Shown here: positions 16,220 through 26,359 of the stretch, in pieces | How the letters are laid out: each line of letters starts with the position of its first letter | Position numbering within the stretch: the first letter of the stretch is position 1 | From: an uncultured Omnitrophica bacterium | GTDB lineage: Bacteria; Omnitrophota; Gorgyraeia; JACQQV01 | DNA length: 64,000 bases | Assembly (NCBI GenBank): GCA_947085655.1 | Contig: CAMTXH010000011.1 | Coordinates: 1,515 to 65,514 of the forward strand | Direction of reading: 5' to 3' | Program-made: the position numbers and the translations under genes | The notes under the pieces: generated by a model | What the model was told of the DNA's origin: nothing | The model's input: the letters and a program-made list of their open reading frames with translations, nothing else | Databases searched by the model: none

Positions 16220-18041
16220 CAAAAGACAAAAGCCCCCTTTTTTAGGAGTGATCACTCTTTGTGCTTGTGTCGCTCTGATTGAGGCATGGTTTCAGGCGGC
16301 GGCCTCGGAGGCCTTCCGGCAGTACCTTCGGGACCTTTCTCTTCCGCGTGTCTACGGGAATATTGTCGGCGCCGTCCTCCTCTATGCGTTGGTAGGCCAG
16401 GCCGGCTGGACCCTTCTCTGGGGCGGCTTCCGGATCGCAAAGAAGGAACCTTTCTTTAACCGACAGGCCCTTTCCATTTTTTTTGCGGCGATCCTCACCC
16501 TTTACGGGTTCTGGGCCCTCCGGACCTTTCTTTTTCAGAGAGAACTACTCAGTCGATGGGGGCTGGCCGGGGGAACCGTCGGGGTTGCAATACTGGCGTT
16601 TGGGGTCGGTCGTCTTTTTCAGAAATACCTTTCACCGGAAGTGGGACAAAGGGGGATTGTTGTCTTTGCGGTGGCCACCTTGGCTCTTCCTCTTTTTTTA
16701 AGACCTTCCTGGAGGGAGGAGATCCCGGCTCAGAAGCAGCCGAATCTGATTTTGCTGACGGTGGATACCCTTCGTCCGGACGATTTAGGATTTTACGGAT
16801 CCCGGACAGCCGACACCCCCCATCTGGATGCCCTTGCCGGAAAGGGGACCCGTTTTCAGCAGGCCTATGCCCAGATTCCGCTGACCGGCCCTTCCTTCGC
16901 CTCGATTCTGACCGGTCTCCACCCCCGGAGTCACGGCGCCCGGCAGAATCTGATGCCGCTGGACCCCTCCCTCCCGACCCTTGCCGAGATCCTTCAGGAT
17001 GCCGGATACCGGACCGCCGCTTTTGTCAGCGGCTATCCGTTGAAACGGGAATTCTGCGGTCTTCATCGCGGGTTTGACCTGTATCAGGACCGCTTCTCGT
17101 TTTTCGACGGCTACAAACTCTTCCGATTCCTGGAGCGGCTCGGGTGGGTTGACCTTCAGTATGAACGGCGCGCAGAAGAGGTGAGTCGTCTTGTAATTCC
17201 ATGGCTCGGTAGACATCCGAAAAATCCCTTTTTCCTCTGGGTTCATTATTACGACCCCCATGTGCCGTACCGTCCTCCGAACCCCGCCGGCCCCGACGGG
17301 CCGTTCCTTTCAAAACTCCGGAACCAGCGGCCTCTCTGGGGAAAGGGGAAAGAAGCGCTTTCCGTTCGTCTCATCGAGGGGATGAAACGTCTCTATGGCG
17401 GAGAGATCGCTTATGTGGACCGAGATATCGGACAACTCCTTTCTTTCTTGGATGCGAGCGGCTTGCGTGAGCAAAGTCTCATTGTTTTTTTGTCGGATCA
17501 CGGAGAGAGTTTCGATCACGATTACTATTTTGACCACGGAGACCGCCTTTACGAGTCCTGTATCCGGATTCCGGTTCTCTTTGTTTATCCGGGGGTCATT
17601 GGCGAGAATGCGGTCTCTGAGGAGGTCATCCGGAGCATTGATCTGTTTCCGACACTTTTGACGCTTCTCAAACTTCCGAAGGAGCCCTCCGAAGGGGAAA
17701 GTCTCTTCAAGGAAGACGGCACCCTGATCACGGGACGCACCCGCCCGGTCTTTGCGGAGCTGTCCAGAAGGCCCGGATACCCCACTTTGGGAGACCTTTG
17801 GGCGCTGCGGGAGGGGAGTTGGAAATTGATTTATTCCCCCGAAGGCCGTCCGCCGGAGTTGTATCATCTGGGGAAGGATTCGGAAGAACTCAAAAATTTG
17901 TCAGGGCAGAACCGCAAACAGACACGCACCATGCAATCTTCTCTCATTCGGTGGATGGGAAAGGGCTCACAAGAAGGACGCTCCCGGCCGGTTGAGGGCC
18001 TGATGCGCGAGAAACTCCGAAGCATCGGATATCTTCAATGA
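16134..18041 (+). CDS. membrane-anchored alkaline-phosphatase-superfamily transferase (LtaS/EptA-like; 'sulfatase' fold without the formylglycine Cys)
   Basis: N-terminal 5 TM, then 'LLTVDTLRPDDLGFYG' and 'PLTGPSFASILTG', where Thr replaces the sulfatase Cys. The true start may be the ATG at 16182 or 16197. Confidence 0.7.
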   Translation: MGRILRLALGISFEDKMRWFCMPKSKHPDKRQKPPFLGVITLCACVALIEAWFQAAASEAFRQYLRDLSLPRVYGNIVGAVLLYALVGQAGWTLLWGGFRIAKKEPFFNRQALSIFFAAILTLYGFWALRTFLFQRELLSRWGLAGGTVGVAILAFGVGRLFQKYLSPEVGQRGIVVFAVATLALPLFLRPSWREEIPAQKQPNLILLTVDTLRPDDLGFYGSRTADTPHLDALAGKGTRFQQAYAQIPLTGPSFASILTGLHPRSHGARQNLMPLDPSLPTLAEILQDAGYRTAAFVSGYPLKREFCGLHRGFDLYQDRFSFFDGYKLFRFLERLGWVDLQYERRAEEVSRLVIPWLGRHPKNPFFLWVHYYDPHVPYRPPNPAGPDGPFLSKLRNQRPLWGKGKEALSVRLIEGMKRLYGGEIAYVDRDIGQLLSFLDASGLREQSLIVFLSDHGESFDHDYYFDHGDRLYESCIRIPVLFVYPGVIGENAVSEEVIRSIDLFPTLLTLLKLPKEPSEGESLFKEDGTLITGRTRPVFAELSRRPGYPTLGDLWALREGSWKLIYSPEGRPPELYHLGKDSEELKNLSGQNRKQTRTMQSSLIRWMGKGSQEGRSRPVEGLMREKLRSIGYLQ

Positions 18042-19087
18042 CCGAACGAAAGAAACGGTTCCGGATGAGCGTGATTATTCCGGTCCTTAACGGTGCGGCG
18101 ACGTTGGGGCTCTGTCTTGAGAGTCTTATTCAGCAGAAACGGCGTCCGGACGAAGTGATTGTGGTGGATAACGGCTCCGTGGATGATACCCCTTCCATCG
18201 CAAAGGGCTGGGCCTTGGCCCATTCCAAACTTGTTTGCCGCATTGTTTCGGAAAGGAAAAGGGGACCGGCCGCCGCACGAAACCGGGGCGCTCAAGAGGC
18301 CAAAGGGGACGTGGTTGTTTTTCTGGATGCGGACTGCACGGCAGAGCCGGAGTGGCTCAAGCGGATTGAGGAGGAATTTCAGAGGGGGTATGTCGCGGTG
18401 GGCGGGACGTACGGCGGCTATCTCCCCGGCCATTGGATGGAAAAATACATTCATGCCGCACGGAGCTCTTTTCTAGGGGAGAGGACGGTCCTTTCGCAGG
18501 TGAGTCTCCAGGGGGCCTTTCTGGTCGGCGCCAATGCTGCCTTTGACCGGAAACTCTTCCGGGAGATCGGGGGCTATCACGAGGATTTTCTGATTGGGGA
18601 GGATTTTGAACTGTCGGCCCGGCTTATTCATCACGGGAGCACCCTTCTCTACCATCCGGGCATCCGGGTCACCCATCACAGTCGGACCGGGGTCAGCCAC
18701 CGCCTCCGAAGGAATTTCTGGGGCGGGGTGATTGAGGTGTACACGTTTCAGCAGTACGGCGCTCGAAAAGGACAAATTCGCTTTTTTCCGGGAACGGTCT
18801 TTGAGATTCCCAGCCGGTGGCGTTTCTACCTTGATGTGGGATCCCCGTTGACGCTGCTTCTTTTTTTGGGGGTCGCCTTCAAGGTGTGGGGAAAAGGGGC
18901 ATTCCCCCTGGCCCTCCTTTTGTTCCTTTTCTTTTTTCTCCGGTTCGGCTGGATCCTGAGAAAGGGAGGAGAACCGGTTCGCGCGATGGAGATCGGGATC
19001 ATGATTTTCTTCTGGCTGGCGGAGCGGGCGTGTCTTGAAGGGGGGCGGTGCTACGGCTCCCTTCGGTATGGGATCCTTTATCTTTAG
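18038..19087 (+). CDS. family 2 glycosyltransferase with C-terminal TM helices
   Basis: 'SVIIPVLNGAATLGLCLESL', 'VIVVDNGSVDDT' and DxD 'FLDADC'. ATGA overlap with the upstream gene. Confidence 0.8.
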   Translation: MTERKKRFRMSVIIPVLNGAATLGLCLESLIQQKRRPDEVIVVDNGSVDDTPSIAKGWALAHSKLVCRIVSERKRGPAAARNRGAQEAKGDVVVFLDADCTAEPEWLKRIEEEFQRGYVAVGGTYGGYLPGHWMEKYIHAARSSFLGERTVLSQVSLQGAFLVGANAAFDRKLFREIGGYHEDFLIGEDFELSARLIHHGSTLLYHPGIRVTHHSRTGVSHRLRRNFWGGVIEVYTFQQYGARKGQIRFFPGTVFEIPSRWRFYLDVGSPLTLLLFLGVAFKVWGKGAFPLALLLFLFFFLRFGWILRKGGEPVRAMEIGIMIFFWLAERACLEGGRCYGSLRYGILYL

Positions 19088-19102
19088 GGGGATTGAAAAA
19101 AG

Positions 19103-20503
19103 ATGGCCTTTTTTTTCCTGATCCTTTTCGGAATCTTGGCAGGGATCGGCATCGTCCATTTTGAATCGGTTTCGCTGTGGATCGTCCCGGGACTTTTTTT
19201 GACCGGGCTTGCCTTCCTTATCCGGCCGCTCTGGCTCATCGCGCTTCTTTTGGCTGTCCCGACCTTTAGAATTGTCTGGAGGGCCGGAGGGATCGCGCCG
19301 CTTGAGATGGCGTACAGTCTTATTTTCCTGTCTCTTCTTATCCGACTTTTGTTGAAGGAGAGTTTCGCCTCCACTTCCACCCACGATAAGTCCGATTTCC
19401 GAAGCCCCATGCGGACGCCCCTTTTCATCTTTCTCCTCCTCGCTTGTGTGTCGGCGGTGGTTGCAGTACTCCGGAATGTGCCCTTTGGATTCTGGGCCAG
19501 CGACCTCAACATGATTCTTTTCTATGCGTTCTATTTTGTCGTCATCGGACATATCCGGGAGCCGGAGGATTTTAACCGTCTGCTTCACTTTCTGTTCTGG
19601 GTCACCTTTGCCGCCGTGATTTACAGCACGTATCCGAGGATCCGGGAAAGCGGTTTCACCGTCACACTGTATGGGGAGCCGGTCATTAAGGTTGCGGGGG
19701 CAAGCGCCTTCAGTCTTCACATGTTTCTCATCCTTTTATCGATGCTCCTTTCCATGAAGCAGAAAGGATGGAGGAGGTGGATGTATTTATTCCTTTGTTT
19801 TTTCTTCGGGACACACCAGCTCCTTGCCACCGTCCGGAGCCGCTGGCTCGGCGCGTTGGCGGCTGTCGGTCTGATCTTTTTAGTTTCACTTCCTCCTCAG
19901 CGGGCGATCCTCCGGCGCTTCTTTTTCAGTCTGGTCTTTGCGGTCTCTCTGCTCGTGACCGCCTCCCTCACTGTTCCTCCCCTCTATCAGAATCCAGCCC
20001 TTTGGTTCACTCAGCAGATTCAAAAGCGGTTTGTGACCATTTTCAGGGGCCGGGAGGACCCGACGACGGAGGTCCGCTTGGTTGAATGGAAGGCGGCCAT
20101 GGGAAAGGCCCGTCAGTTTCCGTGGTTCGGAAACGGACTTGGGACAGAAATTACTTTTGTGGATACATCGACGCGGGTCCTACCTCTGCAGGTAACCAGC
20201 CGGTATATCCACAATAGTTACATTTTCTATCTGCTGAATATGGGGGCGGCGGGACTTCTGGCATTTTTGTGGCTCTGCCTCGCCTTTGTCGGATACGGGG
20301 TAAAGGTTTTCCGAGCCACCCATCACCGCTACTATAAAGGAATGGTTCTCGGTTTCTGGGCCTCTTTTGTGGCGATGGGGGTGGTTGGATTTGCCGGCGC
20401 CACTTTCAGTGACCCTGCGCTGACCATTTGGGCGGGATTTTTCATGGGGGCGGTGACGGTGATGGATCAACAGAAGGAACGAATGCGGAGTCTTCCCCGA
20501 TGA
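19103..20503 (+). CDS. O-antigen ligase / Wzy-like polymerase domain membrane protein
   Basis: 466 aa, about 11 TM, with a large periplasmic loop containing 'RYIHNSYIFYLLNMGAAGLLAF' (O-antigen-ligase-like). Confidence 0.7.
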   Translation: MAFFFLILFGILAGIGIVHFESVSLWIVPGLFLTGLAFLIRPLWLIALLLAVPTFRIVWRAGGIAPLEMAYSLIFLSLLIRLLLKESFASTSTHDKSDFRSPMRTPLFIFLLLACVSAVVAVLRNVPFGFWASDLNMILFYAFYFVVIGHIREPEDFNRLLHFLFWVTFAAVIYSTYPRIRESGFTVTLYGEPVIKVAGASAFSLHMFLILLSMLLSMKQKGWRRWMYLFLCFFFGTHQLLATVRSRWLGALAAVGLIFLVSLPPQRAILRRFFFSLVFAVSLLVTASLTVPPLYQNPALWFTQQIQKRFVTIFRGREDPTTEVRLVEWKAAMGKARQFPWFGNGLGTEITFVDTSTRVLPLQVTSRYIHNSYIFYLLNMGAAGLLAFLWLCLAFVGYGVKVFRATHHRYYKGMVLGFWASFVAMGVVGFAGATFSDPALTIWAGFFMGAVTVMDQQKERMRSLPR

Positions 20504-21423
20504 AGCAGCCGGAAGCGGCCATTATCATTTTGAACTGGAATCAGGCGGAGGAAACGCTCCGGTGTCTTGAGGCCGTCGGGAAACTGTCCTATCCGAATCA
20601 CCGGGTCCTGGTGGTGGACAACGGCTCGCGGGACGAGTCGGTCCGGAAAATCCGGGAGGCCCATCCGGATCTGGAGGTGGTGGCCAATGAGAAAAATCTC
20701 GGGTTTGCGGCGGGGTGCAACAGGGGAATTCAGAAGGCAATGGAGCATGCCACCCCCTATTTTATGTTTCTGAACAATGACACCCGGATCGATCCGGAAT
20801 GCCTGACGCATCTGGTGAGCGCCCTCGAAGCCGATTCCAGGCGGGGAATCGTCGGAGCGGTCAATTATGAGTGGGATGCGCCGGAGTGTGTCCTCAGTGT
20901 GGGTCAGCGTTTTGTCTGGTGGCGGGGGGCGTTGGAGCGCCTTTTCCTCCCGCCGGACCGGGGCGAGCGGGTTTTCAATGTCCAAAGCGTTTCCGGAAGC
21001 TGTTTTTTGGTCCGTCGGGAACTCTTTGAGCGGGTCGGTCTTTTGGATGAGCGTTTCTTCATCTATTATGAAGAGACGGACTTTTGCCTGCGCGCCTTGC
21101 GGGCCGGATATGCGGTTACTGTCCATCGGCAGGCAAGGGTCCGGCATCGGGGGGCCAACACCTTCGGCTCAAGAACGCCGGCCGAATATTATCTTTTTAC
21201 CCGGAATCATACTTTTTGTCTCCTCCGGCACTGTCCCAAGGTATTTTTGCCGAACGCACTCCTCTTCCATGGCTTGAAACTGATTTACCAATGCATCCGC
21301 CTTGTCCTTCGGGGGGAATTCCGGGAGGCAAAGGCGATCGGGGGAGGACTCTGGGATGTCTGGAAGGGGCGGTTTGGCGAGGGACGTCTTTCCCGGTATC
21401 TTCCGGGAGGTGATATTCTATGA
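20500..21423 (+). CDS. family 2 glycosyltransferase
   Basis: Start reset to the ATG at 20500 (MKQPEAAIIILNWNQ...), overlapping the upstream stop as ATGA. Motifs 'VLVVDNGSRDES' and 'FLNNDTRIDPE'. Confidence 0.8.
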   Translation: MKQPEAAIIILNWNQAEETLRCLEAVGKLSYPNHRVLVVDNGSRDESVRKIREAHPDLEVVANEKNLGFAAGCNRGIQKAMEHATPYFMFLNNDTRIDPECLTHLVSALEADSRRGIVGAVNYEWDAPECVLSVGQRFVWWRGALERLFLPPDRGERVFNVQSVSGSCFLVRRELFERVGLLDERFFIYYEETDFCLRALRAGYAVTVHRQARVRHRGANTFGSRTPAEYYLFTRNHTFCLLRHCPKVFLPNALLFHGLKLIYQCIRLVLRGEFREAKAIGGGLWDVWKGRFGEGRLSRYLPGGDIL

Positions 21424-22340
21424 CCCATGATGTCGCGATTGTCGTTCCGGTCCGGAACGAGGCCGCCACAATTGTTCCGCTTCTCGAATCTTTCGAGCGG
21501 TTGACGGTCTTTCCGGAGGAGGTGATCCTGGTGGACGGCGGTTCCACCGACGGAACGGTGGAGGCAATGAACCGTTATCTGGAGGGGCGGAAACTCCCCT
21601 ACGGCGTCCGGGTGATTATCCTTCCAGACGCCCTTCCGGGCCGCGGCCGGAACGAAGGGATCCGAAGGACCCGCTGCTCTTTCATCGCCTGTACCGATGC
21701 AGGGGGCCGGGCGGATCCCAGGTGGCTTGAGGATTTGATGGCACCGATGGAGCAGGATCCGGGTTGTGAAATGGTCATCGGAAAATGCCTCCCTGAGCTG
21801 TCGAATTTTTTCGAGCGGTGCACCTTTTATGTGAATTTGGAAAGCCCCCGTTCCCGCTCTTTTATCTTTTTCGGCGGGGCCTCCATCGCCTTCCGGAAAT
21901 CCCTCTGGCAAAAAGTCGGCGGCTATCCGGAGGACCTTTATCCCTGCGAGGATAAGGCGTTCTTGAGAAAGGTGAAACGGCGGGGTCTCTCCGCCGCGGT
22001 GTCGGACGGCGGGATCGTCTATTGGAGAAGCCGTTCGACTCTCTGGGATTTTTTCAAACAGTTTTTCCTGTACGGACGGGGGGATGCGCAAGGCCGTTTT
22101 GTCCCGCACCGGTATTGCCTGCGGGCCCTTTTTTACGGAACGGTTCTTTTTCTGGGGTGGCAGGGGAGGTGGGGGCTGGCCATTTTGTTCCTTGCGGGGT
22201 ATCTGGGGGTGGTGAGCGTCAGGGGATGGCGCCGTTTGAAGAGAGGACAGGCCCTCGGGATCCTTCCGGTTCTTTTTCTGACGAAGGATATCGCTCAGCT
22301 CCTCGGTTATCTCGCGGGGCATTTTCGGCGGAGACGATGA
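21420..22340 (+). CDS. family 2 glycosyltransferase
   Basis: 'VAIVVPVRNEAATIVPLLESF', 'VILVDGGSTDGT' and 'ACTDAGGRADPRW'. C-terminal TM. ATGA overlap. Confidence 0.8.
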   Translation: MTHDVAIVVPVRNEAATIVPLLESFERLTVFPEEVILVDGGSTDGTVEAMNRYLEGRKLPYGVRVIILPDALPGRGRNEGIRRTRCSFIACTDAGGRADPRWLEDLMAPMEQDPGCEMVIGKCLPELSNFFERCTFYVNLESPRSRSFIFFGGASIAFRKSLWQKVGGYPEDLYPCEDKAFLRKVKRRGLSAAVSDGGIVYWRSRSTLWDFFKQFFLYGRGDAQGRFVPHRYCLRALFYGTVLFLGWQGRWGLAILFLAGYLGVVSVRGWRRLKRGQALGILPVLFLTKDIAQLLGYLAGHFRRRR

Positions 22341-23512
22341 TGCCGCGGATCAAACTCCTATTTATTTCCCAGGCGACCGGTGGCGTAAAGCGTCACATCA
22401 CCTATCTCGCAAGTCGGTTGGATTCCCGTCAGTTTGAAATCGTTGGCTGTTTTTCCCCGCGGGACCATATTAAAGGAGTCAGCCCGAACAAGGAAAGTTA
22501 CGCGGATGCGTTCAATCAGTTGGGGCTGCGGGTGATTCCCCTCGAAATGTACCGGGAAATCAATCCGCTTCGGGATGGGTGGAGTTTCCTGAAACTTTTA
22601 CGGATTCTGACGAAAGAGAAATGGGACATTGTTCACACCCACAGTTCCAAAGCCGGCTTTCTGGGGAGGATTGCGGCGCGGCTGGCCGGTGTCCCGGTGA
22701 TTGTGCACACGCCGAATGCCTTTGCCTTTGACCGCCCTCTCCATCCGTTCAGGAATCTTTTGTATGTTTTTTTGGAGCGGCTCGCCGGGTTTTTCTGCGA
22801 TGCGCTGATTGCCGTCTCCCCGTCGGAGGAAGAACTGGCGAGGAAGGTCGTTTCACCGGAGAAGACCCGCCTGATTTGTAACGGGATTGATCTGAAGGAG
22901 TTTGATTTTACCCTGGATCCGCGCACCAAGAAAAAGATGCTCGGTCTTCCGGAAGACAAGCCGATGGTCCTGACCATCGGCCGCTTTGCCCATCAGAAAT
23001 CCCCCGGTATTTTTATCGTTGCGGCGAAAAAGGTTTTGGCGCAGAGAAAGGATGTTTTTTTCGTGATGGTGGGGGACGGCCCTCTGTTGAGTCAGGTTAA
23101 AGAGAAGGTTGTGCGTGAAGGACTTCAGCGCTCCATCCCGATTCTCGCTTGGCGGCCGGATGCCAAAGAGATTATCGCCGCTTGCGACGTCTATGTCCTT
23201 TCTTCTCTTTGGGAGGGCCTTCCCTATACCGTGCTTGAAGCGATGGCTCTCCGGAAGCCGGTGGTGGCGACCGCCGCGCGGGGGACGCGGGATGTGGTCC
23301 GGGAGGGAGTGAATGGGTTCCTCGTTTCTTTCCAGGATCCGGAAACCATGGCCCACCGGATCCTGAAACTCCTGCACGATGGGGAATTGGCGAAGCGGAT
23401 GGGCGAGGCGGGCCGCGCCATGGTGGAAAAAGAGTTTCTCCTTGAGCCCAAGATTCAAAAGACCGCCTCCCTCTACCTGGAACTTTTAAAGCGGAAGCGC
23501 CCGGGAACATAA
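22337..23512 (+). CDS. GT4-family (GT-B fold) glycosyltransferase
   Basis: Start reset to the ATG at 22337 (MMPRIKLLFISQATGG...). EX7E region 'EGLPYTVLEAMALRKPVVATAARGTRDVV'. Confidence 0.85.
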   Translation: MMPRIKLLFISQATGGVKRHITYLASRLDSRQFEIVGCFSPRDHIKGVSPNKESYADAFNQLGLRVIPLEMYREINPLRDGWSFLKLLRILTKEKWDIVHTHSSKAGFLGRIAARLAGVPVIVHTPNAFAFDRPLHPFRNLLYVFLERLAGFFCDALIAVSPSEEELARKVVSPEKTRLICNGIDLKEFDFTLDPRTKKKMLGLPEDKPMVLTIGRFAHQKSPGIFIVAAKKVLAQRKDVFFVMVGDGPLLSQVKEKVVREGLQRSIPILAWRPDAKEIIAACDVYVLSSLWEGLPYTVLEAMALRKPVVATAARGTRDVVREGVNGFLVSFQDPETMAHRILKLLHDGELAKRMGEAGRAMVEKEFLLEPKIQKTASLYLELLKRKRPGT

Positions 23513-23516
23513 GACC

Positions 23517-24305
23517 TTGACCGAGCATCGGGAAGCCGATTTCTTTGACCGGAAACTTGCCGCTCTCGAGAAAGAAATCTCTCTCGAGGGACGGGACGAC
23601 CTCGGCTACCCGATTATCTTTCAGCCGGAGCGGGTGGACTTTCTGGATCCGAGTCTCCGTTTTGCTCTCCGGTTGATGGGGGATGTCCGGGGGAGGAGAA
23701 TCCTCGATTGCGGGTGCGGAAGCGGATTGGCCAGTGTTTATCTGGCGAAGCAAGGAGCGCAGGTCTTCGCCTTTGACGTCTCCGGCGAGGCGGTCCGGGT
23801 GACTCAAAAACGGGCCGTTTTAAACGGCGTCTCCGATCGCCTGTCGGTGTCACGCGCTTCCCTCCACCTTCTTCCTTATCCGGACCGTTTCTTCGACGGA
23901 ATCTTCGGAAGTTTCATCCTCCATCATGTCGACCTCCCAGCCGCCTCCCGGGAAATCGCCCGTGTCCTGAAGGGGGGAAGGGAGGCCTGCTTTGTTGAAA
24001 ACTCAAGCCGGAATCCTCTCCTCATGTTTGCCCGGCGTCATCTCGTCGGCCGTTTTGGGATTCCCAAGAAGGGAAGCCCCGACGAGCATCCCCTGACCGG
24101 CGAGGAAACCGCCTTTTTGAAATCGCAGTTTGACGCCACGCTCCATTATGCCGATTTTGTTTTTTTCAGGATGGTGGATTATCTGATTCCCTTTCGGATC
24201 TTCCGGCATCTCGGGTTTTGGCTCGACCGGGGGATTTATCATCTGATTCCCTGGGCGAGATCCTACAGTTATTATCTGGTCTGTCAACTTCGGGTGAAAG
24301 AATGA
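23517..24305 (+). CDS. class I SAM-dependent methyltransferase
   Basis: Motif I 'ILDCGCGSGLASVYLAKQGAQVFAFDVS'. Confidence 0.75.
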   Translation: MTEHREADFFDRKLAALEKEISLEGRDDLGYPIIFQPERVDFLDPSLRFALRLMGDVRGRRILDCGCGSGLASVYLAKQGAQVFAFDVSGEAVRVTQKRAVLNGVSDRLSVSRASLHLLPYPDRFFDGIFGSFILHHVDLPAASREIARVLKGGREACFVENSSRNPLLMFARRHLVGRFGIPKKGSPDEHPLTGEETAFLKSQFDATLHYADFVFFRMVDYLIPFRIFRHLGFWLDRGIYHLIPWARSYSYYLVCQLRVKE

Positions 24306-26359
24306 GACGGAAAAGGCAACTCCTGGTTCTGACCGGTCTTTTCTTTGTTCTCTTCACAATGGAGACTGTCGCGGAGGAGAAGGAAGAGACGACCGGTTTT
24401 CGGAATGCCCAGAAGGTTTGGATCCGGCTTGGCGAACAAAACGAGGAACAGGGCATCCGGCTTGCCGTTCCTGAAATCACCCGTCCGGCAGTGATGGCGG
24501 GAAGTGCCTGCCGCCGAACAGCAGAACCGGGAGAGCGAATTCTCTATTTTGACGTGGATAATACCTTTCTTTTCGACGGGAATTTCCGCCGCGCGGAAAT
24601 CACGCTGGAGTATCTGGACCGGGGGACCGACCGGCTCAATCTGGAGTGCGACCGGTTCCAGGAGGATGCTCAAGGCGGGCGGTATGTCTGGAGCGGTCCG
24701 ATGATCGGCAAGGAAGACACCGGCCGTTGGAAACGGGTGACGATTCCGCTTCGGGACGTCCGTTTTGCGGACCGGCAGGGGCGCCTCTATTCGGAGAAGG
24801 GAGGAGTGGGAGATTTCCGGATTCACAGCCGGTTTGATTTTCAGGATGAATACATCCGTTATGTCGAGGTCCGGATTCCGTATCTTTCCGTGGCCACGCA
24901 GCGGCTCGGAAATCTTTTTAAGTGGGGAGAGCCGGTCCGGGCCGAAATTCAGATGACGCATCGAGGGGTTTCTCCTCTTGAGGGAACTCTTTCCTATTCC
25001 GTGGTTGATCTTGAAGGGAAGGTGGTTCTCGAGGAGACAAAACCAGTCGTTGTCCATCCCGGCGAGAGAACCGCCGGAAAAATTGCCTTCAAACCAGAGA
25101 AAAAGGGGGTCTTTTACCTGGACATTGCGTTCAAGCAGGGAGACAAAATCTTGGAAACGTACGAGACCTCCTTCGGCGTGACCGAACCGGTCGAAGGTCC
25201 TGAGGCCGCCGGTTCCCCTTTCGGAATGACCACCTATCTCAAGTTTAATCCGGAGCGGGAAGAGGAGATCCGTCTCCTTCGGGACTCGGGGATCGGCTGG
25301 GTGCGGGAGGATTTCTGGTGGGGAGTCATTGAGCCGGCCCCGGGATCGTACCAATGGACGATTTATGACCGGCTGGTGGAGTCGGTCTCGAAGGGCGGAC
25401 TCCATCTTTTAGGGCTTCTCCACGGGGGAAGCGGCTGGTCTGACCCGACCGACGGGACTCCTGAAGCGATGGAGGCCTTTTCGAATTTTGTTTTTCAGAC
25501 CGTGAAGCGATACAAAACATCCGTCCGTCACTGGCAAATCCTCAATGAACCGGACATGCTCCACGGACGGCCGGTCCGGGAACCGGAACGGTACGCGGCG
25601 CTTTTGAAAGCGAGTTTCCTCGCCGCCCGAAAAGCGAATCCGGATGCCCGGATCGTGACCGCCGGCGTTGTGGCCGGATGGTTTTGGTTTTTGGAACATG
25701 TCATCCTCAAGGGGGGAAGTCCGTTTTTCGACGTCGCCGACTTTCATCCGTATGCGAAGGAGATCGAATCCGGAAGCCATAACTATCGCGCCCGCCTCTT
25801 GACCGCCTCTTCGTTTTTCCGGCCGGTCGCCGGGCGGGAATGGGCCATTCCCGATAAAAGGTTTTGGATCACTGAAATCGGGTGGTCAACGGCGGAAGGG
25901 AAGGGAGTTTCGGAAAAAACAGAGGCCTCTTATCTGGTCCGGGCTCTTACGCTTGCCCTGGCCGGAACCGGTCTTGAGCGGATCTTCTGGTACAATTTCC
26001 GGGATCTTGGCACGGCGCCCAAGGCGGAGAATTTCAACTACGGGCTTGTCCGTGAGGATTTGGCGCCGAAGCCGGCCTTTTTGGCTTTCCGGACGCTGGT
26101 CCATGAAATCGGAAGGCGGCCGTTTCAGGAAAGAAGGGATCTGGGAGATTCTCTGCAGGCCTATGCGTTTGGAGGGGAGGGGAAGCGGGTCTGGGTGATC
26201 TGGTCGGCGAAGGAGAAGAAAGCGTTCCTCTGGCCGTCGGAAAAACCGGTGATTTTGGTCGATTGGATGGGCAATCAAACAAGCGTCACTCCCCGTGAAA
26301 ATCAAATTCCCCTAACGGCAAGCCCGATTCCTTTCTTTTTGGAGGAGCCCCTCGGTTGA
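24302..26359 (+). CDS. secreted clan GH-A (TIM-barrel, GH5/GH39-like) glycoside hydrolase with N-terminal beta-rich domains
   Basis: Start reset to 24302 (MRRKRQLLVLTGLFFVLF..., signal peptide). Candidate acid/base 'WQILNEPD' and nucleophile 'WITEIGWS'. Confidence 0.6.
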   Translation: MRRKRQLLVLTGLFFVLFTMETVAEEKEETTGFRNAQKVWIRLGEQNEEQGIRLAVPEITRPAVMAGSACRRTAEPGERILYFDVDNTFLFDGNFRRAEITLEYLDRGTDRLNLECDRFQEDAQGGRYVWSGPMIGKEDTGRWKRVTIPLRDVRFADRQGRLYSEKGGVGDFRIHSRFDFQDEYIRYVEVRIPYLSVATQRLGNLFKWGEPVRAEIQMTHRGVSPLEGTLSYSVVDLEGKVVLEETKPVVVHPGERTAGKIAFKPEKKGVFYLDIAFKQGDKILETYETSFGVTEPVEGPEAAGSPFGMTTYLKFNPEREEEIRLLRDSGIGWVREDFWWGVIEPAPGSYQWTIYDRLVESVSKGGLHLLGLLHGGSGWSDPTDGTPEAMEAFSNFVFQTVKRYKTSVRHWQILNEPDMLHGRPVREPERYAALLKASFLAARKANPDARIVTAGVVAGWFWFLEHVILKGGSPFFDVADFHPYAKEIESGSHNYRARLLTASSFFRPVAGREWAIPDKRFWITEIGWSTAEGKGVSEKTEASYLVRALTLALAGTGLERIFWYNFRDLGTAPKAENFNYGLVREDLAPKPAFLAFRTLVHEIGRRPFQERRDLGDSLQAYAFGGEGKRVWVIWSAKEKKAFLWPSEKPVILVDWMGNQTSVTPRENQIPLTASPIPFFLEEPLG

